NCBI GenBank assembly: GCA_937863565.1
Contig: CALMGJ010000021.1
Coordinates: 1 to 60,858 of the forward strand
Reading direction: 5' to 3'
Length of the DNA: 60,858 bases
Source of the DNA: an uncultured bacterium
GTDB lineage: Bacteria > AUK180
Of the stretch, positions 28,162-36,153 are shown piece after piece; position 1 is the first letter of the stretch, and the number at the start of each line of letters is the position of its first letter. A program made the position numbers and the translations under genes. The notes under the pieces were generated by a model. That model saw only the letters and a list, made by a program, of their open reading frames with translations, had not been told where the DNA came from and did not search any database.

Positions 28162-30699
28162 TTATATTCCGAACCTGATCACAGGATTTCCGGCCACGCT
28201 TTCAACGGATATCTGCCGGATCGTCCGCTCTCCTTTCATTACGGTTATATTTACAGGGAACGAGAAAATACCGGTACCGAAAACGATGCGCGCCGGCCCC
28301 TGTGTTCCCGTACCTTTTCCCAAACGGACTTCCTTCAAAGCTTTTTTTCCTGCCCGGTCCGTGAGAAGTACCCTGAGCCCGGCTCCCGTCGAATTTATGG
28401 CTGCGTCCTTTATTTCAAGGAGTACTGTGATAGAGGGCGGAATACCCCGGGAAACGTTCTTCAGAAGAGCGCTTCCCGCGCCGCCGGCCGCGAGATCGGT
28501 CATCCCGTCCCCGTCCGCATCAAGCGCTGCAACGCCCCAGGTATCGTAAAGCCGGCTTCCGCTGAGGTAGGTGATATCCGTGAACGTGAAATCGCCCCGC
28601 CCCAGGTAAAGGAAACTCCTTCTGCCGGGATAGACGCACGTGAAATAGATATCCTCTATCCCGTCATTATTGAAGTCCGCTATTGTGACATCGGAATGTG
28701 TTTCGCTGAAAGGGACCGTATCCTCCCTGAGCAGAAAACCGCCTGCAGCATTCTCGTAGACAAAGGTCCTGTTCGAGAACTCTATGAAGCGCGGATGGGC
28801 AAGATTCGCCGTGACAAGGTCAAGGTCGCCGTCATTGTCAAGATCGCCCCAGTCGCTGCCTATTGTATGCCCGTAATAACCTGACCTGCACTGCCCCTCA
28901 AGAGCTTTCTCCCTTGCGCGTTCAATGAAGATCCCGTCCTCGCAAAGATATAGATAATTGCCGTTGAGACGGTAATTGGAAACATATATATCCTGATCCC
29001 CGTCCCCGTCGAAATCGGCGGGACTTACGCCCCTTCCGCAGGCCGGGGCATAATAAGGGTCGTTATGAACAAGAATATCATTATCTTTCACCAGAGCATC
29101 CTTTCCCGGATCGTAGCGGTAAAGATCATCCGGAGTGCCGCGTCCGAGGTCGGTTCCTGCCGCTTCGTAATTGGCAAGGTAGAGGGCAAGAAAGCCGTTC
29201 TCCCCGTAAGCGGCAAATGCTGCCGCCTCCGTCCTGCCTTCCGGCGGAGGGAACAGCTCTATCCTGCGAAAACCGCTGTCGCAAGCAAGCAGAGCGGCGC
29301 AGCGCGAGGGATCGTGCGACCAGCAGAATATATCCGTTCTGCCGTCATTGTTCATATCCCCGAATATCCCGCCGGTCCCTCCTATCCCTTTAAACGCTTC
29401 ACGGCATGAGTCCCTGAACCCGTCCGTCCCGAAATTCAATAAAAGCGTTCTTCCGTCGAGAAGAAGGTCATCAAGCCCGTTGCCGTCAACATCTCCGGCG
29501 GCGATCCTCGAAAACGAGTATTTGAAAGTCCGGTCCCTCTCGAAAACAGGTCCTGTATAATGCGCCGCTCTCCTTGCCGCACCAAGGATGCCGGCCTCGC
29601 CAACAAGAAAATATAAAGCCCCGCCCAAGATCCGTTTCATACGGGCCTTGGCCATCGATTCCCAATATCCGCGCTCATCTCCGGCCTTCAGGACTTCGGT
29701 TAACTCGAAAAGTTCAGCTGCATCCGCTCCGGTCCTCCGGTAGAGAACGGACCTTATGAAATGAACGCAGGCATCGGTATCGAAGGGAAAGCGGAGTTCT
29801 CCGTAAAGGGATGCTATCCGTCCGGCCAGCCCTTCCAGATCTTTCGGGGAAGTGCCGCCATAAAGCGCTATTTCGCAGAGGATCGAGATGCGGGCGGAGA
29901 TCTTTCTATCCGAAAGCAGCCATTCGGGTTGTCCGGGGAGGGCCTCAACTTCGATCTCCGGGTCCGCTTTGAGAAGTCCGACGGTCCTTTTATAAAGCCC
30001 GCCCCTGTGTTCTGAGTCACGAAGCAATCCGGCCGCCCGGGAAAGGAAGATGCCGTCATTCCCGTAAAGATCGAGGAGTTTCGAAAGTTCCGTTCTGAAT
30101 TCTTTCCTGTTTCCCGTTTCTTTAAGCGCCCAGAGAATGAATATATGCAATGAGCGTTTGTAGCAGGATGCGGCGATCAGCTCCAGGTTCTCGCGGGCTT
30201 TCGCGATCCCCGCCTTTCTGTCGGAAAGATACTGGGGCTCCCAGGAAAGTTCACGCTCGAGAAAACGCACGCTGTCTTCCAAAGGAAAAGAGGCGATGAG
30301 CCTTCGGGTCAGGTCTTTCCTCTCCTCTTCACGGGCGTTCTTTCCCGCCTCGAGCATCCGGAGAAAAAGCCCCGGGGCAGAATCTTCAGGATAAGCCGCG
30401 ATGAAATCCGCGGGATCAGCACCTGTCGCGACCATGGCATTGTAAACAGCGAGCGCGGCGTCTGTCGCTAATCCGCTTGATAAAGAATACTCCGAGATGA
30501 GACTGTTATTATCGCCGATATATGCCAGATATGCCGTTCTGTAAAGGTCCTTGCGCTCTCCCGCCGCCTCGATGATCCTCAACGCCTCCGCGAAATCCTT
30601 TCCGTCAAGAGCGTTCTGAAAAACAGGATCGAAGAATCCCCGGATACCGGGGAGACAAAGGATGAAAAAAACCGCCGTGAAGATATTCTTAAAATTCAT
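28162..30699 (-). CDS. Secreted FG-GAP/VCBS repeat protein (CRTAC1-like) with helical N-terminus and ASPIC/UnbV-like C-terminus
   Basis: Repeated Ca-binding motifs GDVDGNGLDDL, GDMNNDGRTDI, ADFDGDGDQDIY, GDLDNDGDLDL, ADFNNDGIEDIY; signal peptide. Confidence 0.8.
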   Translation of the reverse strand: MNFKNIFTAVFFILCLPGIRGFFDPVFQNALDGKDFAEALRIIEAAGERKDLYRTAYLAYIGDNNSLISEYSLSSGLATDAALAVYNAMVATGADPADFIAAYPEDSAPGLFLRMLEAGKNAREEERKDLTRRLIASFPLEDSVRFLERELSWEPQYLSDRKAGIAKARENLELIAASCYKRSLHIFILWALKETGNRKEFRTELSKLLDLYGNDGIFLSRAAGLLRDSEHRGGLYKRTVGLLKADPEIEVEALPGQPEWLLSDRKISARISILCEIALYGGTSPKDLEGLAGRIASLYGELRFPFDTDACVHFIRSVLYRRTGADAAELFELTEVLKAGDERGYWESMAKARMKRILGGALYFLVGEAGILGAARRAAHYTGPVFERDRTFKYSFSRIAAGDVDGNGLDDLLLDGRTLLLNFGTDGFRDSCREAFKGIGGTGGIFGDMNNDGRTDIFCWSHDPSRCAALLACDSGFRRIELFPPPEGRTEAAAFAAYGENGFLALYLANYEAAGTDLGRGTPDDLYRYDPGKDALVKDNDILVHNDPYYAPACGRGVSPADFDGDGDQDIYVSNYRLNGNYLYLCEDGIFIERAREKALEGQCRSGYYGHTIGSDWGDLDNDGDLDLVTANLAHPRFIEFSNRTFVYENAAGGFLLREDTVPFSETHSDVTIADFNNDGIEDIYFTCVYPGRRSFLYLGRGDFTFTDITYLSGSRLYDTWGVAALDADGDGMTDLAAGGAGSALLKNVSRGIPPSITVLLEIKDAAINSTGAGLRVLLTDRAGKKALKEVRLGKGTGTQGPARIVFGTGIFSFPVNITVMKGERTIRQISVESVAGNPVIRFGI

Positions 30700-30713
30700 G
30701 AATAAAGATCTTT

Positions 30714-31760
30714 TTAGAATACATCTTTGCTCAAGTTCTGCCGGACGGCCTCATAATAGATCTTGCTGCGCTCGGGGATCCGGTCATTGTTCTTATCTGC
30801 ATTGATGATGCGGTACATGATCCTGCCGTTCTTTTTAACTTTCTGCCGAACGGTAAGATAAGTATCAACGGCACGCGAAGTGCACACGCCCTCTTCGGAA
30901 TCGAATTCAAAGGATGCAAGAAGTCCGATCTCGCTTCCCTTCACGGTCTGAGAGGAGGCGAAATTACCTAAAGAGAAGAAGGCGATCTTACCGGTGTCGG
31001 CATTATAACGATCGAATGGCTGTACGACATGAGGATGCATTCCGATCACGAAATCGACGCCGTTCTCAAGAAGGAACCGCGCAAGTCCGATCTGGTCCCC
31101 GGAGGGTTCGGAAACGTACTCCTCCCCGAAATGCAGCAGTACGAAGATGAAATCCGGATGATACCTGCCGGCTGCCGCTATGTCGTCGAGCATCTTCTCC
31201 CGGCCGAGATAACTGATGCAGTACTCGAATCTCTTTTCAGGAACGATCCCGTTCGTTCCGAAAGTATACGAAAGAAAGACGAAGCGCATGTTCTTCACGT
31301 CCTCGATCACGAAGCGTTCTTCATAAAAACCGATATAGGTGCCTATCGGAACAAGTCCGGTTTCGAGAACCTTCTGCTTCGTTCTGATCAGGCCTTTCAT
31401 TCCGCTGTCCAGACTGTGATTGTTGCACAAATTGATATGCGTAAAACCGCATTTTTTCACCGCATCCAAAATGGCGTCGGGACTCCGGAAATTGGGATAT
31501 CCGCAATACCCTCTTTCAGGCCCGGCCAGTGTTGTTTCAAGATTGCAGATATTGATGTCTCCGTTGATCTCGCTTTTTATTTCCGAGAACAGGAAGTTAA
31601 AATCATAGCCGTTTTCTTCCTTGAAGGCATCGAGAAAAGTTTGATGGACCATGATATCTCCGGCGAAAACGATCCTTACCGTTTCACCCGACAGAAAAGA
31701 CAAAGGGAAGGCAAGCAGTACCGGAATAAGAAGGGCCTTAACCTTTTTTATCGGAAACAT
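30714..31760 (-). CDS. CapA-family metallophosphoesterase (PGA_cap), secreted
   Basis: FAGDIM, NLET, NNHSLD.G, LHFGEEY, GMHPHVVQP, FSLGNF. Confidence 0.88.
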   Translation of the reverse strand: MFPIKKVKALLIPVLLAFPLSFLSGETVRIVFAGDIMVHQTFLDAFKEENGYDFNFLFSEIKSEINGDINICNLETTLAGPERGYCGYPNFRSPDAILDAVKKCGFTHINLCNNHSLDSGMKGLIRTKQKVLETGLVPIGTYIGFYEERFVIEDVKNMRFVFLSYTFGTNGIVPEKRFEYCISYLGREKMLDDIAAAGRYHPDFIFVLLHFGEEYVSEPSGDQIGLARFLLENGVDFVIGMHPHVVQPFDRYNADTGKIAFFSLGNFASSQTVKGSEIGLLASFEFDSEEGVCTSRAVDTYLTVRQKVKKNGRIMYRIINADKNNDRIPERSKIYYEAVRQNLSKDVF

Positions 31761-32847
31761 AATTTAGATAGCCCTCTATGAAGTCATCGATATCCCCGTC
31801 CATGACGGCATTGATATTTCCGGTCTCCACGCTCGAGCGAAGATCTTTTACCATCGTGTAAGGCTGAAATACATATGAGCGTATCTGATGTCCCCAGGAG
31901 ATGTCCTTCTTTTCGGCAAGGTTCTTCGAATCTTCTTCCTCTTTTAATTTCTTGAAATGTTCGAACAGGCGCGCTCTGAGAAGTTTCATCGCCAGATCTT
32001 TATTTTTGGCCTGGGACCTTTCAACCTGGCATGTGGCGAAGATGCCGGTAGGGACATGCGTGATACGGACGGCGGACATTGATGTGTTGACGCTCTGCCC
32101 CCCGGGTCCTGATGAGTGGAATGTATCAACCCTTAATTCTTTCTCGTTCATATCCAGTTTGACGTCATCGCTTACTTCGGGTATTATGTAAACGGAAGCA
32201 AAAGAAGTATGCCTTCTCGCATTCGAGTCGAAAGGGGATATCCTGACCAGTCTGTGGATCCCGATCTCTCCTTTCAGATATCCGTAAGAATATTCATGCT
32301 GGATAAGGACCGTTGCGACCTTAATGCCGGCCTCCTCACCGGACATGAATTCGAGGGTCTCTACTTTGTAGCCCTTTCGCTCGCACCAGCGTGTATACAT
32401 ACGAAGAAGCATCATCGCCCAGTCGCACGCTTCTACGCCGCCCGCTCCCGGTTTAATCGTCATGATCGCGTTCTTAAAGTCGTTTTCGTCGGTAAAAGCG
32501 GTTTTTATCTTGAATTTAGCGATCTCATCTTTAAGTCCTCCGTATTCTGACGAAAGGTCTTTGAATATCCCGTCATCAAAATCCGTTGAAATCATATCTA
32601 TCATTTCAAGTCCCGCCCGGACCTGATTCTCGATCCGCAGATATTCAGTCAGGATCTTGTTCTTGGCGCTCATTTCTTTCAGCATCTTCTGAGCTTTATC
32701 CGGTTCCTTCCAGAAATCCGGCATTTCCGAAAGAGTCCGGATATGTTCCACCTCGGTTTTCAGTTTATCGTATTTGATAGCAGCCTTGAAGATCTCGATC
32801 TGCTCGCTGAATTTCCGGTATTCCTCTTTTAAAAAGTTCAGTTCCAT
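31738..32847 (-). CDS. prfB: Peptide chain release factor 2, in one continuous frame
   Basis: RLVRISPFD (SPF motif), GPGGQSVNT, WGHQIRSYV. Confidence 0.96.
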   Translation of the reverse strand: MELNFLKEEYRKFSEQIEIFKAAIKYDKLKTEVEHIRTLSEMPDFWKEPDKAQKMLKEMSAKNKILTEYLRIENQVRAGLEMIDMISTDFDDGIFKDLSSEYGGLKDEIAKFKIKTAFTDENDFKNAIMTIKPGAGGVEACDWAMMLLRMYTRWCERKGYKVETLEFMSGEEAGIKVATVLIQHEYSYGYLKGEIGIHRLVRISPFDSNARRHTSFASVYIIPEVSDDVKLDMNEKELRVDTFHSSGPGGQSVNTSMSAVRITHVPTGIFATCQVERSQAKNKDLAMKLLRARLFEHFKKLKEEEDSKNLAEKKDISWGHQIRSYVFQPYTMVKDLRSSVETGNINAVMDGDIDDFIEGYLNYVSDKKG

Positions 32848-32850
32848 ATA

Positions 32851-34200
32851 TTATCCGCCCAGGAAAAGAAGAGCGATCCTGAAATAGATCAAAAGGCCGA
32901 TGACATCAACGGCAGTCGTAACGAGCGGTGCCGACATCAAAGCCGGATCGATCCCGAGTTTCTTGACTAGAAGAGGCAGTGCAGCGGCGATGATATTAGC
33001 CAGCCAGATAACCGAGATAAGCGAAAAGGAAACGGCCAGGATGATCCTGAGAGCGCTTATATGAAGCTTCATCAGAACCACTCTTACGATCACGACAATG
33101 GAAAGGAGCGATCCGATAATGAGCGCGGAAAAAGTTTCCTTAAGAAGTATCCGCGCTAAATGGCTGAATTGAACTTCGCCGACGGCAATACCTCTAATGA
33201 TCAGTGTAGATGTTTGTGCTCCAGCGGTACCGCCCGCGTTCAAAAGCATGGGTATGAAGAAAGAAAGTATTATGAACTCCTTTAAAAAGCCGTCATAATG
33301 CTGCATGATGAACCCGGAAAGCGTCTCGATAAGAAGAAATATAAAAAGCCAGATGAATCTTTTACGCACAAGAAACCAGACAGAGGATTCCATATACGGT
33401 TCGTCCGTGTCCCCGATGGCCGCCATCGTGCGCAGGTCCTCTTCATGCTCTTCCTCTATGATATCCGCTACGTCATCGAAGGTCACGATACCCAAAAGCC
33501 GTTCCTCCCGGTCGACGACCGGGATGGCGATAAGATCGTATTTCTCGAATATGGCAATGACCGCCTCCTGGTCCATGTAAGGATTAACGGTAACGATATT
33601 GGTTTCCGCGATATTCTCGAGAACTTCGTTCTCATCTGCCATAACGAGATCTTTGAGTGAAATAACGCCGAAGAGTTTCCTCTGTTCATCAAGAAGATAC
33701 ATATAGAAAACGGTCTCGAGATGCTTCCCTTTCGTGCGGATCTCATTGAGGGCCGTTTTAACCGTCATTCCGACCCTGAGCGGCATGAAACGCGTATTGA
33801 TAAGCCTTCCGATGGAATCTTCGGGGTATCCGAGTATCCTGTACGTCAGCTTCCTTTGTTCATGGTCGAGCATGGAGAAAAGCCGGTTCACGACCTTTGC
33901 TGGCGCTTCCTCAAAGAGTTCCGTCCTCTCGTCGGAATCCATTGTATCAATGATGTCCCTTATCCGCTGATCGGAAAGATGGTTCAAGAGTTCGACCTGT
34001 TTATCGGTTTCAAGATCCTCGAAAACATAAATGGCCATTGATTTATGGAGCATTCTGAAAAGAAGTGGCGCATACTCGGGATCGATATTCTCGATGATAT
34101 CGGCGATATCTTCCTCCTGAAGGCCTTCGAAATATTCGCGTATGGCCTTGTAATCGTGCTTTTCGATAAGGGTGATAATATCTGCAATGCGCTCTTCCAT
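32851..34200 (-). CDS. mgtE: Magnesium transporter MgtE
   Basis: MgtE-N domain, CBS pair (GIVTFDD), RFIWL, DPALMSAPLVTTAVD. Confidence 0.95.
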   Translation of the reverse strand: MEERIADIITLIEKHDYKAIREYFEGLQEEDIADIIENIDPEYAPLLFRMLHKSMAIYVFEDLETDKQVELLNHLSDQRIRDIIDTMDSDERTELFEEAPAKVVNRLFSMLDHEQRKLTYRILGYPEDSIGRLINTRFMPLRVGMTVKTALNEIRTKGKHLETVFYMYLLDEQRKLFGVISLKDLVMADENEVLENIAETNIVTVNPYMDQEAVIAIFEKYDLIAIPVVDREERLLGIVTFDDVADIIEEEHEEDLRTMAAIGDTDEPYMESSVWFLVRKRFIWLFIFLLIETLSGFIMQHYDGFLKEFIILSFFIPMLLNAGGTAGAQTSTLIIRGIAVGEVQFSHLARILLKETFSALIIGSLLSIVVIVRVVLMKLHISALRIILAVSFSLISVIWLANIIAAALPLLVKKLGIDPALMSAPLVTTAVDVIGLLIYFRIALLFLGG

Positions 34201-34205
34201 TCCGT

Positions 34206-34234
34206 ATTATACAATAAAAAATGAAAAGAAGAAA
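34206..34234 (-). promoter_or_regulatory. Leaderless-type promoter of mgtE-prfB-capA
   Basis: Minus strand TATAAT 5 nt before ATG 34200; weak -35 (TTTCTT). Confidence 0.5.
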
Positions 34235-34311
34235 ATACAATTATAGACTGCCGCGGGAGAAGGAGTAAAGAAAAGATCGATGTCCGCTCTTCACTGCGCT
34301 TCGCTCCCCGG

Positions 34312-34340
34312 TTGCTTTTTTTATGGATTTATCGTAAAAT
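34312..34340 (+). promoter_or_regulatory. Promoter of the cyclophilin gene
   Basis: TTGCTT-17-TAAAAT; SD AAGGAGG follows. Confidence 0.6.
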
Positions 34341-34357
34341 CAAGCAAAGGAGGCATT

Positions 34358-34822
34358 ATGGCAAGAACAGCAGTAATGTTCGAAACTTCGATGGGAGATT
34401 TTAAAGCAGAACTTTATACCGATCTGGCCCCGGTCACTTCCGGGAATTTTCTTGACCTTGTTTCAAAAGGATTCTATGACGGCCTTATATTCCACAGGGT
34501 CATCGCCCGCTTTATGATCCAGGGCGGGTGCCCCAAGGGGAATGGGACCGGTGACCCGGGATATGCGATAAAAGACGAATTCCATCCCCAACTGAAGCAT
34601 GCCGGCCCGGGCTTTCTTTCAATGGCAAATGCCGGTCCGGATACGGGAGGTTCGCAGTTTTTCATCACGCTGGTTCCCACTCCCTGGCTTGACGGCAAGC
34701 ACGCCATCTTCGGACATATTACCGAAGGAATGGACATAGTCGAAAAGATCGGACTCACGAAAACCGACAGCGACGATAGACCTCTGGAAAAAGTGACAAT
34801 AAAGAAAATATCCCTGCTGTAA
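34358..34822 (+). CDS. Cyclophilin-type peptidyl-prolyl cis-trans isomerase
   Basis: FHRVIARFMIQGG, LSMANAGPDTGGSQFFIT, WLDGKHAIFG; SD AAGGAGG before ATG 34358. Confidence 0.95.
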   Translation: MARTAVMFETSMGDFKAELYTDLAPVTSGNFLDLVSKGFYDGLIFHRVIARFMIQGGCPKGNGTGDPGYAIKDEFHPQLKHAGPGFLSMANAGPDTGGSQFFITLVPTPWLDGKHAIFGHITEGMDIVEKIGLTKTDSDDRPLEKVTIKKISLL

Positions 34823-34835
34823 GCGCAAAAAACCC

Positions 34836-36107
34836 ATGGAAGAACTGAGGGGGATCTTCGCATCAGCGCTTATTGAGCGTTCTCAGATATATCTTTTCAT
34901 TGGCGAAACGGACAGGGCGTTGAGTGATTGCAACCTGGGTCTGTCAGCAAAGATTTCCGAACGGTACAGGATCAAACTATCCCTTCTGAAGGCCGAATTC
35001 TTTCTCCGCGGGAAAAAGGACTACAATGAAGCGGAGAAGATCGTATCCGGACTTCTCGGAAAACCGGAGATCAGCAAGATCCCCGAGCTCCATTGCCAGG
35101 CTATCAATCTGATGGGAGGGATTAAAAGATATGGAGGCGACCTGGACAAGGCTCTTGAATACTACGGCCGTGCACTTGAATTCAATTTAGGTCCGAACAA
35201 GGAACATAACCGCGGCATTGTCGCGACGAACATCGCATCGATATATCATCTTAAAGGGCGTATCGATACAGCGATGGAATATCTCGATGTGGCTCAAAGG
35301 TCTTTCGAGCGTTCAGGTGATCCGTTCTATCTTGCGGATTCGAAAAAGGACCTTGGTCTAATGCTTCTTGAAAAAGGCGAATATGCGCGGGCTGAAGGAC
35401 TATTTTTAAATTATCTGAAAAAAGCAAGGGAGATCAATCATAAAAAGGGCATAGCGGAAGTGCTGAACTTCCTCGGATACCTGTACAAGTCGAAGGGCGA
35501 TCTGAAAAATTCATTCCGCCGCAGGAACGAGTATTTAAAATTGGCGAGGGAGATGAACGATGAATATCTTATATGTTCCGCTTTAATATCTCTCGGCGTG
35601 AATTATCAGGAAACCGGCGATCATGCCCGTGCGACGGGACTATTGAAAAAAGCGCTTTCGCTGGCCGGGAAAAAGGGGTATGTGAATTTCACCGTCTCCG
35701 CATATCTCAATCTTATAGGTTCTTATCTGGCGACCAGCGACCGGAAAAACGCTTTTATTGTCTTGAAAAAAGCAGAAAAACTCATTGAAGGCATAAAAAA
35801 CCCCAATTATTCCTTCCATTTCTACAATAGCTACGCGATCTATGAAGAGAGAGAGAAAAATTTCAAAGCCGCGGCCGGGTTTTACGAACTGGCACGAATG
35901 AGCGCCGAGCAAATGGATAAAGGAGAATGGTCCGTCTCGGTCAGGATCAGAAAGGTAGAATGCCTTCGGCAATCGGGGGACGATACTGCGGGAGAAGAAA
36001 GTTCGCTTAGGGATTATGCCGCTGTCAAAGGCCTATTGGACATTCTCGCGAAAGAGGAAGATAAAGTAAAACGGCGCGGCCATCATGGTCCCGGGCAGAA
36101 AACTTGA
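34836..36107 (+). CDS. Tetratricopeptide repeat protein (MalT/TPR_12-like)
   Basis: ~40-aa repeats such as NLMGGI..YGGDLDKALEYY..AL and NIASIY..KG..D.A.EY. Confidence 0.75.
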   Translation: MEELRGIFASALIERSQIYLFIGETDRALSDCNLGLSAKISERYRIKLSLLKAEFFLRGKKDYNEAEKIVSGLLGKPEISKIPELHCQAINLMGGIKRYGGDLDKALEYYGRALEFNLGPNKEHNRGIVATNIASIYHLKGRIDTAMEYLDVAQRSFERSGDPFYLADSKKDLGLMLLEKGEYARAEGLFLNYLKKAREINHKKGIAEVLNFLGYLYKSKGDLKNSFRRRNEYLKLAREMNDEYLICSALISLGVNYQETGDHARATGLLKKALSLAGKKGYVNFTVSAYLNLIGSYLATSDRKNAFIVLKKAEKLIEGIKNPNYSFHFYNSYAIYEEREKNFKAAAGFYELARMSAEQMDKGEWSVSVRIRKVECLRQSGDDTAGEESSLRDYAAVKGLLDILAKEEDKVKRRGHHGPGQKT

Positions 36108-36132
36108 TTTTTTTTCATTAATTTAAGATAAT
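36104..36132 (+). promoter_or_regulatory. Promoter of the secreted protein/PorV-like pair
   Basis: TTGATT-17-GATAAT; SD GGAG before ATG 36154. Confidence 0.45.
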
Positions 36133-36153
36133 ACAACATAAAGTGGAGCGTAT

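Noticed and set aside
34201-34311. Mg2+ (M-box) riboswitch upstream of mgtE
   Set aside because: A -10 box lies 5 nt from the mgtE ATG, leaving no room for a leader, and no M-box consensus was recognised.
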